Shown here piece after piece: positions 1-9,881 of a DNA stretch of 64,000 nt. The translations under genes and the position numbers were made by a program. Source of the stretch: Chloroflexota bacterium. GTDB taxonomy: Bacteria > Chloroflexota > Limnocylindria > QHBO01. Where the stretch lies: NCBI GenBank assembly GCA_040902225.1, contig JBBDXT010000004.1:320376-384375 (forward strand). The letters are read 5' to 3'. A model generated the notes under the pieces. That model did no database searches, was not told where the DNA came from, and saw only the letters and a list, made by a program, of their open reading frames with translations. The stretch's first letter is position 1; each line of letters begins with the position of its first letter.

Positions 1-223
1 AGCGGTGTCGCCTCGCTCACCGTGCGGACGATCTCGTCGAGGCCACTGACCGAGCCGGCCAGAAGTGACCCGTAGGCGCGCAGCGGCAGCGCGATGTCGG
101 TGACACCGCTCGACAGCGAATTCGAGATGACCATCACGGCCGCGCCGGCCACGAGCCCCAGCAGCACCGCGAGGACGGGCACGGTTGCCGCCGCCACGGC
201 GCTGGCGAGCCACTCCCGCGGCC

Positions 224-227
<4 letters not shown>
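1..227 (-). CDS. ABC transporter permease, N-terminal fragment (the gene continues beyond the window start)
   Basis: The reverse strand from about 227 reads MRPREWLASAVAAATVPVLAVLLGLVAGAAVMVISNSL..., a hydrophobic TM start. Its ATG overlaps the stop of the upstream ATPase gene (ATGA) in the same operon. Confidence 0.5.
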
Positions 228-1861
<1,634 letters not shown>

Positions 1862-1888
1862 GGGAGCTCGGAGAAAGCCGAACTTCCC

Positions 1889-3118
1889 TTAGCTAGGATC
1901 GGGATCGAAGAAGCACACCCCCGGGCCCTTGCACGGGTCGACAGTGCCCGCCGCCAGATCCTCGAGAGCCTTGTCGATCGCGGCCTGGATGTCGGCCGTG
2001 ATCAGGTCCTCGAAGTCGTGGTACGGCGCCAGGCCGATGCCGCCATTGGTGGCGTCACCGGTCACATTGCCGCCGACGGCAGCTCCGGCTGCCACCCGCT
2101 CGATCGCCTCCTTGATGGCGAGGACGATCTTCTTCTCGGCGCTGGTGACGATGCACTGCGCGACGTTTGGTGAGGAAATGTACTGATCGATATCGACACC
2201 GATTCCAAACTTGTCCGCGTCGCAGACCGCCTCAAGGACACCCTGCCCGCTGCCGCCGGCGACCTGGAACAGGACATCGGCGTCGAGGTCGAGCATCTGC
2301 TGGGCCAGCTGACGGCCCGTGGTCGGGTCGTTGAAGGCCTTGGTGATGTCCTCAGACACGTACTGCACCAGCACCTGCGCGTCGGGGTTCACCGAGAGGC
2401 AACCGTTGTGGTAGCCGCCGATGTACTGCGGAACCGGCGGGATGGCAAAGATGCCGCCGACGGCGCCAATGACGCCGCTCTCGCTGATGCTGCAGGCAAG
2501 CACGCCTGCGACGTACCCGGCCTGTGCCTCGGCGAAGATGAGGCCCTGCAGGTTCGGGAGGATGTCATCGAAGGTGGCATTCCCGTCGCAGTCGGCCGCG
2601 GCGGGAGCAACAGCGGTGTCCTTGTTGCCTTCCGCGTCGATGCAATAGAACTGGTCGAGGCCGATGAAGTTGACGGTCGGGTTGTTCTTGGCGGCGACGA
2701 GTGTCGCGTCGCCGAGCGCAAATCCGAAGGTGACGATCATCTTGAACCCGTCGTCGATGAGTGTCTGCAGGTTGACGGCGTAGTCCTCCGTCTTCGCGGT
2801 CACCACGACCTCGCCGGTCCCACCGATCGAGTCAATGCCGGCCAGCGTTCCGCACCAGCCAGCCTCGTTGAAGGACTTGTCCTCCAGCTGGCCGACGTCG
2901 GTGACGCCGCCGACCTTCCACGCAGTGCCAGCATCCTGATCACCACAGGCTGCGAACCCGGTCGCAGCCTCGGACGCAGCCGCCGACCCCGCAGCAGACT
3001 CCGCTGCCGACTCCGCCGTGGACTCCGCTGCCGACTCGCCGCCGCCATTACAGGCCGCGAGCACCAGCGCCATGGATACGAGGGCGGCGCTCGCGCCGAG
3101 CCATCGCTGCTTCCGCAT
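1889..3118 (-). CDS. BMP-family (PnrA/Med-like) ABC transporter substrate-binding lipoprotein
   Basis: The ORF 1889..3139 has a probable start at MRKQRWLGASAALVSMALVLAACNGG, a signal peptide plus LAAC lipobox, and an AGGAG RBS lies 6 nt upstream. A low-complexity ESAAES linker precedes a BMP-like binding domain. It is the first gene of the importer operon. Confidence 0.8.
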   Translation of the reverse strand: MRKQRWLGASAALVSMALVLAACNGGGESAAESTAESAAESAAGSAAASEAATGFAACGDQDAGTAWKVGGVTDVGQLEDKSFNEAGWCGTLAGIDSIGGTGEVVVTAKTEDYAVNLQTLIDDGFKMIVTFGFALGDATLVAAKNNPTVNFIGLDQFYCIDAEGNKDTAVAPAAADCDGNATFDDILPNLQGLIFAEAQAGYVAGVLACSISESGVIGAVGGIFAIPPVPQYIGGYHNGCLSVNPDAQVLVQYVSEDITKAFNDPTTGRQLAQQMLDLDADVLFQVAGGSGQGVLEAVCDADKFGIGVDIDQYISSPNVAQCIVTSAEKKIVLAIKEAIERVAAGAAVGGNVTGDATNGGIGLAPYHDFEDLITADIQAAIDKALEDLAAGTVDPCKGPGVCFFDPDPS

Positions 3119-3255
3119 TGATTCTCCTTCTCCCCTCACTCACTGACGGCCGGCGCCGCATCCGATCGCGGGTGGCGGTCGCGTCCTGGCCCGAGGGCTA
3201 GGCCGGCGCGAATCCGCGCGATCATACTGCGGCATCAAGCGGGCACTCAAGTGTT

Positions 3256-4143
3256 TTGTGTGGTTGGCATCCTTATCATCCGTCCGGCATGGACCGATCC
3301 GGAGAGCCGACCCTGCGCCTCGTCATCTTCGACCTCGACGGGGTCATGTATCGCGGCCGGCAGCCCGTTCCGGGCGCCGCCGCCCTGGTTGCGGCACTTC
3401 GCGAGCGCGGGCTGCTTGTTCGCTTTGCGACCAACAACTCGATGGCGACGCGGACGATGTACGTGCCTCGCCTGGTCGAGATGGGGGTGCCGGTCGAGCC
3501 GCACGAGATCGTCACCTCGACCTCGGCCACGATCGACCATCTCCGAGCCCATCTGCCTGAAGTCCGCACCGTCCTGGCGGTCGGCGCGGAGGGGATGCTC
3601 GAGGAGCTTCGGGAGGGGGGATTCGATGCGACTGTGGCCGGCGACGCCGCCGACCCCTCGTATGACGGCGGGCCGTTGGCGCGGTCGTACGACGCCGTGA
3701 TCGCCGGGCTCGACCCAGCATTCGACTATGGCCGCCTGGCCGTCGCCACGACGGCGATCCGGGCCGGCGCTCGCTTCATCGCCACGAATGCGGATCTGCG
3801 CTACCCGACCCCGACCGGCTTCCTGCCCGGGGCCGGGTCGATCATCGCTGCCCTCCGCGCCGCGGCCGGAGCCGAGCCGTTGATCATCGGAAAGCCGGAG
3901 CCCGGCATCTTCACCGCCATCCTGGAGCGTGACGGCGTGCGACCCGAGGAAGCGGTGGCGATCGGCGACAACCCGGACGCTGACATGGTGGCTGCCCATC
4001 GGGCCGGGATGAGGTCGATCCTGGTCCTGACCGGCGTGGCCGATGCGGTCCTGGCCGCGAGCCTGGAGGGGGAGCGCCGTCCGGACCACGTGGCCCGCGA
4101 CCCGTCCGAGGTGGCCAGCCTGCTGGACCCGGGAATCAGCTGA
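3256..4143 (+). CDS. HAD-IIA family hydrolase (NagD-like)
   Basis: HAD motif I LVIFDLDGVMY, FATNNS and a C-terminal GDNPDAD motif IV are present. The likely true start is the ATG near 3289 (MDRSGEPTLRLVIFDLDGV). Confidence 0.75.
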   Translation: MCGWHPYHPSGMDRSGEPTLRLVIFDLDGVMYRGRQPVPGAAALVAALRERGLLVRFATNNSMATRTMYVPRLVEMGVPVEPHEIVTSTSATIDHLRAHLPEVRTVLAVGAEGMLEELREGGFDATVAGDAADPSYDGGPLARSYDAVIAGLDPAFDYGRLAVATTAIRAGARFIATNADLRYPTPTGFLPGAGSIIAALRAAAGAEPLIIGKPEPGIFTAILERDGVRPEEAVAIGDNPDADMVAAHRAGMRSILVLTGVADAVLAASLEGERRPDHVARDPSEVASLLDPGIS

Positions 4144-5161
4144 TGGCGGGATCCTCTGCCACCCACGCCGACCACGCCACCTCCGCCGCGCCCATCATCG
4201 GATCGACGACGGAACGGGGGCCAAATGCGCGTCGAAATGCGTTGACCGCAATGTCGGCCAGCTCGCGCGCGCTGAGTCGCAGGGCGGCCGTGGTGCGCGC
4301 CATCTCATCGGTGAGCCACGTATTTGCGACGGTGCGATCGTCGGTGGAGAGCGTCACGCTCACCCCGGCGCGGTGCATGGCGGCAAGCGGGTGGGTGGCA
4401 AGCTCGCTGACGATGCCCGCCTGGACGTTGCTCGTGGGACACAGGTCCAGGGTCACGTCATGCTCGCGAAGCAGCGCCATCACCTCCGGATCCTCGGCGG
4501 CCGTGACGCCATGGGCGACGCGTCGAACTCCGAAGGCGACTGCCTCGCGAATCCGCTCCGGCCCCGGCACCTCGCCGGCATGTGCCGTCAGCTCCAGGCC
4601 GCCGGATGCTGCGGCCACGAACGCGGCCGCGTGCGGCGGGGCGGGATACTCGGCCTCCAGGCCCGCCAGGTCGAACCCGACCACGGGAGGGCCGAAGGCC
4701 GCCGCCGCCTTCGCCAGCTCCACGTTGGCGGCGGGAGGGTGGGAGCGCATGGCGGTCACGATCAGGCCGATGAGTGGCGTGCGCGGACCGAGTCGCGAGG
4801 CCGCCTGGCTGACGCCGTTGGCCACCGCTTCGATCACGTCGGGGACCGACATCCCGCGCTCCAGGTGGAGACGCGGCGCCCATCGAATCTCGGCATACGT
4901 GAGGCCGTCTTCAGCGAGCGACTCGACCAGCTCGGCGGTCACACGGCTGAGTGAGGCGGCGGTCTGGAGGAGCGAGATCGGCAGGTCGAAGAGGGTGAGC
5001 AGCTCGGCCTGGTCCTTGCAGCGGACCGGGCCGACCAGTCGCGATACGGCCTCCTCGAGACTGAGCGTTTGGCCGGCCTCGATGGCCAGCTCCACGGCGG
5101 TCTGCGGGCGCATCGAGCCGTCGAGGTGGAGGTGCAGCTCCGCCTTCGGGAGCATCCTCAT
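4136..5161 (-). CDS. add: adenosine deaminase
   Basis: The ORF 4136..5653 contains MRMLPKAELHLHLDGSMRP, the adenosine deaminase signature, starting at an internal ATG near 5161. That gives about 342 aa, a typical Add length; the upstream 164 codons are Arg/Gly-rich read-through. Confidence 0.8.
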   Translation of the reverse strand: MRMLPKAELHLHLDGSMRPQTAVELAIEAGQTLSLEEAVSRLVGPVRCKDQAELLTLFDLPISLLQTAASLSRVTAELVESLAEDGLTYAEIRWAPRLHLERGMSVPDVIEAVANGVSQAASRLGPRTPLIGLIVTAMRSHPPAANVELAKAAAAFGPPVVGFDLAGLEAEYPAPPHAAAFVAAASGGLELTAHAGEVPGPERIREAVAFGVRRVAHGVTAAEDPEVMALLREHDVTLDLCPTSNVQAGIVSELATHPLAAMHRAGVSVTLSTDDRTVANTWLTDEMARTTAALRLSARELADIAVNAFRRAFGPRSVVDPMMGAAEVAWSAWVAEDPAIS

Positions 5162-5215
5162 CCGATCGAGATCCACCAACAGATGATAGGTGCCGGTGGC
5201 CGGCGTCGAGCGGTG

Positions 5216-6073
5216 ATGGTCATCGGTGTGGGGCTGGCGGTCGGGATCGGCTTCGGCCTTCGCTCCGCAGATGCAGCTCGTGCCGATCCCTCGGGCGCGT
5301 TCGCTCGCGCGCAGCTGATGGCCGATGCGGCCGAGGCAGCCGACGTCGCCCTGGCCCGGCTCGGCGCCGAGCTCGACCGTGCCCGCGAGCATGCGCGGCG
5401 CGGCACGGCGCTGACCGTAGCCGGCGACGCGCCCGCGCCCGAGCTGACGTCCGCCGCGGACCTCCTGGCGGGCGCGAGCGACGAGGCCGATGCGGCCCGA
5501 CGCGGGCTGCTGGCGTTGCGCGGAATCGCCGCCGCCATCCAACCCGGGGTGACCACCCCCGCCCTCTCGTACGGAGGGACAGACCTGGAGCTGATCGCCG
5601 GCCAGCTGCGATCCAGCGCCGCTGCGGCGACCCTCTTCGTGGAACGGCGGCACGCGACCCAGGCCGTGGTCGACGCCCTCGCCGAAGCCCTGGCGGCGCT
5701 CGAGCGCGACGATCCCACGGCCGCCCTCGACGAACTGGCGAAGGCAGGTGCGCCGTTGGCGCTCCTCGAGGACTGGGAGGAGCGGTCACCGCTGCTGCGC
5801 TACTGGATGATGATCAGCGTCGACCTGCTCGACGCGGCGCACGACATCGCAACGGCAACGCTCAGCGACGACCTGGCGGCGGTGAAGGCCGCGGGCGAGC
5901 GATACGCCGAGGCGGCAGCGCTGGCGCGAGGCGCGGACAACGCGCTGGCGCTGACGCTCTCCGAGGAGGGAGCCGCGATCAGCGCCACGCCCCTGCGCCG
6001 TCTTGCGGCGGTGGCCGATGAGGTCGATGACGCGCGCTCGGGACTCCTTCCCGTGCTGCGGCAAGCCCCCTGA
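5216..6073 (+). CDS. hypothetical Ala-rich protein with an N-terminal hydrophobic segment
   Basis: The ORF 5069..6073 has a probable start at MVIGVGLAVGIGFGL and is divergent from add. No recognisable catalytic motifs are present; the call rests on composition and codon usage only. Confidence 0.35.
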   Translation: MVIGVGLAVGIGFGLRSADAARADPSGAFARAQLMADAAEAADVALARLGAELDRAREHARRGTALTVAGDAPAPELTSAADLLAGASDEADAARRGLLALRGIAAAIQPGVTTPALSYGGTDLELIAGQLRSSAAAATLFVERRHATQAVVDALAEALAALERDDPTAALDELAKAGAPLALLEDWEERSPLLRYWMMISVDLLDAAHDIATATLSDDLAAVKAAGERYAEAAALARGADNALALTLSEEGAAISATPLRRLAAVADEVDDARSGLLPVLRQAP

Positions 6074-6162
6074 GCCCGCAGAACCCGGCCCTATACTGGC
6101 GCGACCGATCCGCATCCAGCAACCACGATCGGTCCGATCCGAAACGATCCTGAGGAGCATCG

Positions 6163-7641
6163 ATGCGCGTTCGTGCCGATAGCAGCATGCCGGCATCGGT
6201 CCAGGCCGATGTACTGGCGGTGCCGATCTACCTTGACGACCGCGAGCTGCTGCCCGACCTTGCCGAGCTCGACGCAGCCACCGCTGGCGCCGTCACCCGG
6301 ACGCTGACGTGGGGCGAGTTCAACCCGGTCGAAGACGAGACCGCCCTGGTCGAGGTCGAGGGGATCGGCGCTGCACGGATCCTGTTCGTGGCCTCGGGTC
6401 GACGGGGGCGGGGCGCGTGGCGGGCGCGGCGAAGCGCTGCCAAGGCCGCTCGTAGGCTGCAGGGCCGCGGCGCGACGAGCCTCGCCTTCTGGCTGCGCGA
6501 TGGGGAGGGGCCCGATGGATACGCGGCTGCCGCGATCGGCGCCAGCCAGGGGACATTCCGGCCGTATGCCTACTACGGCAGGGTGCGCGATACACCGGCC
6601 ATGCTGCGGAGTGTCGAGGAGCTGATCCTGATCGGCCAGGAAGCGCCGGACGATGGCGTGCTCAGCGACGCGATGGCCATTTCCGATGGCGTCGAGTGGG
6701 CACGCGAGCTCTCCAATCGGTCCGCCAACGACCTGTATCCCGAGACGATGGCCGAGCTGGCGCGAGGCCTGGTCGGCGATGGATGCACGGTCGAGGTCCT
6801 CGGTCCGGCCGAGATGCAGGCACTCGGCATGGGCGCGCTCCTGGGCGTGGGGATGGGTGCGGCCCACGAGCCCCGCCTGATTGCCGTGAAGCTGCCCGGC
6901 TGGCAGGCGGGCGGAGACCGGCGGCTGGCGATCGTCGGCAAGGGGGTCTCCTTCGACTCGGGCGGGATCAGCCTGAAGGATCCCGAGCGGATGGAGGAGA
7001 TGAAGCACGACAAGGCCGGGGCAGCGGCGGTGCTGGCAGCGGCCCGGACGGTGGCACGCATCGCGCCCCAGACGCCGCTGATGGCGGTTGCTCCGATGGT
7101 CGAGAACATGCCCAGCGGCACGGCCCAACGCCCGGGCGACGTGGTCAAGGCGATGAACGGCAAGACGATCGAGGTGATCAACACGGACGCTGAGGGCCGC
7201 TTGATCCTGGCGGACGCCCTGCACTGGGCCGAGACGCAGGGCGCCACCCACATCGTCGACGTGGCGACCCTGACGGGTGCCGTGGCGGTCGCCGTCGGCG
7301 ACATGATCAGCGCCTATTTCGCCAGGCCGCGGGAATGGGGGAGCGAGGTGGCCGCCGCGGCCGAAGCGACGGGAGAGTGGTTCTGGGAGCTGCCGCTCGC
7401 GATCGAGTACCGCGATACGCTCGACTCGGCACACGCGGACATCGTCAATTCCGCCTCTCGCGAGGGATCGCTCGTCAAGAGCGCGGTCTTCCTCTCCGAA
7501 TTCGTCACCGTGCCGTGGGTGCATGTCGATATCGGCGGCTCTGCTTACCTGATCCGCGACAAGCCGCACAACCCCAAGGGTTCCCTGGGAACCACGGTCT
7601 CGACGCTGGTCCGCCTGGCACGCGACTTTGCGCGGGCCTAG
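6163..7641 (+). CDS. pepA: leucyl aminopeptidase (M17 family)
   Basis: The M17 signature NTDAEGRLILADAL, the VGKGVSFDSGGISLK motif and a 492-aa length all match. Confidence 0.9.
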   Translation: MRVRADSSMPASVQADVLAVPIYLDDRELLPDLAELDAATAGAVTRTLTWGEFNPVEDETALVEVEGIGAARILFVASGRRGRGAWRARRSAAKAARRLQGRGATSLAFWLRDGEGPDGYAAAAIGASQGTFRPYAYYGRVRDTPAMLRSVEELILIGQEAPDDGVLSDAMAISDGVEWARELSNRSANDLYPETMAELARGLVGDGCTVEVLGPAEMQALGMGALLGVGMGAAHEPRLIAVKLPGWQAGGDRRLAIVGKGVSFDSGGISLKDPERMEEMKHDKAGAAAVLAAARTVARIAPQTPLMAVAPMVENMPSGTAQRPGDVVKAMNGKTIEVINTDAEGRLILADALHWAETQGATHIVDVATLTGAVAVAVGDMISAYFARPREWGSEVAAAAEATGEWFWELPLAIEYRDTLDSAHADIVNSASREGSLVKSAVFLSEFVTVPWVHVDIGGSAYLIRDKPHNPKGSLGTTVSTLVRLARDFARA

Positions 7642-7677
7642 CCGGGCCATGCGCAGCGGCGGGAGACCGACGGGGCG

Positions 7678-8349
7678 TTGACGATCGCAGGGCTGCTCGC
7701 GGGCATCGCCTTCGCCGTGATCGGTGCCGGCGCCGAGCGTCTCGCAAGCGCCTGGCCGGCTGACGAGGCCTCGCATCGGGGACCTGGGCTGCGGACCGCC
7801 CTGCTGGCAATCGGTGCGGGCGTGGCGGGCGGAGCCGTCGCCTGGCGATCGACCCTCCCTGCCTGGGCGCTGGCGGTCCACCTCCTGATCCTGGCCGTGC
7901 TTGTCGTGCTGACCGCAACGGACCTGGAGCAGCGCCGGCTGCCCCACCTGCTGCTCGACACGCTCATCGTGGTCGCCGCGCTGTTCGTGCCGTTCAATCC
8001 GCAGGTCGGATGGCTGGATGCGCTCATCGGCGGAGCCGTGGCGGTTGCGTTCATGGGCGTGCTGGGCCTGGCGGTGCGCGGCGGGGTGGCGCTTGGCGAC
8101 CTCTACCTGGTTGGCCCCATCGGCCTGGTCGTGGGATGGCCTGCCATCTTCATCGCCGTGTTCGTGGCCGGGCTCCTCGCGGCCGCCATCAGCGTGCTGC
8201 TGCTGGTGACGCGACGCGCCGGACTCAAGAGCTACATCCCGTTCGGACCCTTCCTCGTCGCCGGCATGGTAGTCACGCTCGTGCGCGATCCGGCGCTGCT
8301 CGGTCCACTCGCGTCCGCGCTCACCGCGACCCTCGATTTCCTGAGGTAG
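7678..8349 (+). CDS. A24-family prepilin peptidase (CpaA/TadV-like)
   Basis: This 223-aa polytopic membrane protein has a TTG start. A conserved Asp-containing TM region is followed by the C-terminal IPFGPFLVAGM motif typical of prepilin peptidases. Confidence 0.6.
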   Translation: MTIAGLLAGIAFAVIGAGAERLASAWPADEASHRGPGLRTALLAIGAGVAGGAVAWRSTLPAWALAVHLLILAVLVVLTATDLEQRRLPHLLLDTLIVVAALFVPFNPQVGWLDALIGGAVAVAFMGVLGLAVRGGVALGDLYLVGPIGLVVGWPAIFIAVFVAGLLAAAISVLLLVTRRAGLKSYIPFGPFLVAGMVVTLVRDPALLGPLASALTATLDFLR

Positions 8350-8517
8350 GACGGTCTCGCCAACGGGTGCCGCCGGGTGACGTCATCCCATTGACAGGGA
8401 TCTGGACAGGTCGGGTATTCTTGGCCCCCCGGCCGAACGCCAGGGTCGCTCCGAGTCCCGCGCGCGTGCCCTGGCGACGCGGCCCGAAGCAGCTACCGCC
8501 AGCGACATCAGGGAGTC

Positions 8518-9816
8518 ATGTCGATCGCCAGTCGCCCAGCCGCGCCATGGGTCGTCGCCTTCCTGCTGCTGACGGTGGCCGCCGCCCCCCTGCAGTGGCA
8601 GGCGATGGTGCGCGCGACCGATCCGACGGTCGGCGTGGCGATCACCGAGCAGCAGCAGATGGAGGCCGAGCTGCAGCGCCAGCGCACCCAGCTGGCCGAG
8701 CTGCAGCGCGAGGAAGCCAACCTGGCCGCCAGCCTGCTCAGCATCAGCAGCGATCTGACGAAGGTCGGACTCGAGCTGGAACAGGCCGCGCGGGACATCG
8801 AGCAGGCGGCGCGAAGGCTCGAGCTGGCGCGGGCCGAGCTTCGGAAGTACGAGTTCGAGATCGACACCCTCGAGCAGACGCTCGTGGAGCTGGCAGGCGG
8901 GATCGAGGTCTCGAAGGTCGAGCTGGCCGAGCGCGAGGCGCTCCTGCAGGAGCACTTGCGCACCGCGTACGAGCAGAGCCAGACGTCGGTCCTGGAGATC
9001 CTCCTGTCGACCGATTCATTCACCAAGGCCTCGAACGAGCTCTCGTCCATGCTGACCCTGTCCGACCAGGACCGGAGGCTGGCCGATGAGATCCGCGACA
9101 GGCGGACTCGCCTGGAGGTGCGCAGCGAGACGCTGAGCGTCGGGCGCGGCACGCTGACCAAGCTGCGTGATGCCGCCGCTGCTCGGGCTGACGCCCTGGC
9201 CGAACAGCAGAGGGAGCTCGACGCGGCGCGCGCCGCACTCGAGGCGCAGCGCAAGCAACTGGAGGAGATGCGCGGCGCCCAGGAGGGGCAGCTCGCCACC
9301 GTCAACCTGAGCGCCGATGCTCAGCAGCAGCTGATTGCCGCGCAGGAGCAGCAACTCCTGGCGCAGCAGTCGCTGGTTGACAAGCTCAAGGCCGCCGCCG
9401 ACCGCCTCGACATCGCCTACCGGGGTCGCTTCGACTGGCCCGAGCGAGGATCGTTCATGGTCACCCAGGAGTTCGGCCCCACGGCGTTCAATACCTTTCA
9501 TCCCGGGCTCGACATGGCCTATGTGAGCCGCTGCGACGGCCCGATCTACGCCGCGGGCGATGGCATCGTGATCGCCGATGGGCGTCCGAACGCGAAGTAC
9601 GGCGACTATGGCGTCGGCGTCGTCATCGGCCACTCGCAGCGGCTCGCTACCGTGTACTGGCACCTCTCGCGCGAGATCGTGACGGTGGGGCAGGAGGTCC
9701 ACGTCGGAGACGTGATCGGCTACGAGGGCTCAACCGGATTTGTGACCGGGTGCCATTTGCATTTCGGGGTCCAGTTCGACGGCGCCGCGGTGAACCCGAG
9801 GAAGTACCTGCCCTGA
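8518..9816 (+). CDS. M23 family metallopeptidase with N-terminal signal/TM and a long coiled-coil (EnvC-like murein hydrolase activator architecture)
   Basis: A coiled-coil region rich in AELQRQ/LEQAARDIEQAARRLE is followed by a C-terminal LytM/M23 domain (HPGLDMA ... GYEGSTGFVTGCHLHFGVQ). It sits directly upstream of a class A PBP. Confidence 0.8.
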   Translation: MSIASRPAAPWVVAFLLLTVAAAPLQWQAMVRATDPTVGVAITEQQQMEAELQRQRTQLAELQREEANLAASLLSISSDLTKVGLELEQAARDIEQAARRLELARAELRKYEFEIDTLEQTLVELAGGIEVSKVELAEREALLQEHLRTAYEQSQTSVLEILLSTDSFTKASNELSSMLTLSDQDRRLADEIRDRRTRLEVRSETLSVGRGTLTKLRDAAAARADALAEQQRELDAARAALEAQRKQLEEMRGAQEGQLATVNLSADAQQQLIAAQEQQLLAQQSLVDKLKAAADRLDIAYRGRFDWPERGSFMVTQEFGPTAFNTFHPGLDMAYVSRCDGPIYAAGDGIVIADGRPNAKYGDYGVGVVIGHSQRLATVYWHLSREIVTVGQEVHVGDVIGYEGSTGFVTGCHLHFGVQFDGAAVNPRKYLP

Positions 9817-9881
9817 TTCGCCAGCCACCGCGCTGACGGCACGATTCGACCGATTCACGCGCATGGGGTACCGTTCGCCCG

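Noticed and set aside
2940-3060. 15-nt tandem repeats (GACTCCGCTGCCGAC-like) near the 5' end of the BMP lipoprotein gene
   Set aside because: They encode the low-complexity ESAAES linker following the lipobox. This is a coding low-complexity region rather than a separate feature.
6091-7947. 618-aa minus-strand ORF spanning the whole pepA locus
   Set aside because: It is antisense to leucyl aminopeptidase, which has the NTDAEGRL signature. The composition is biased (R/G/H/P-rich) and no motifs are present.
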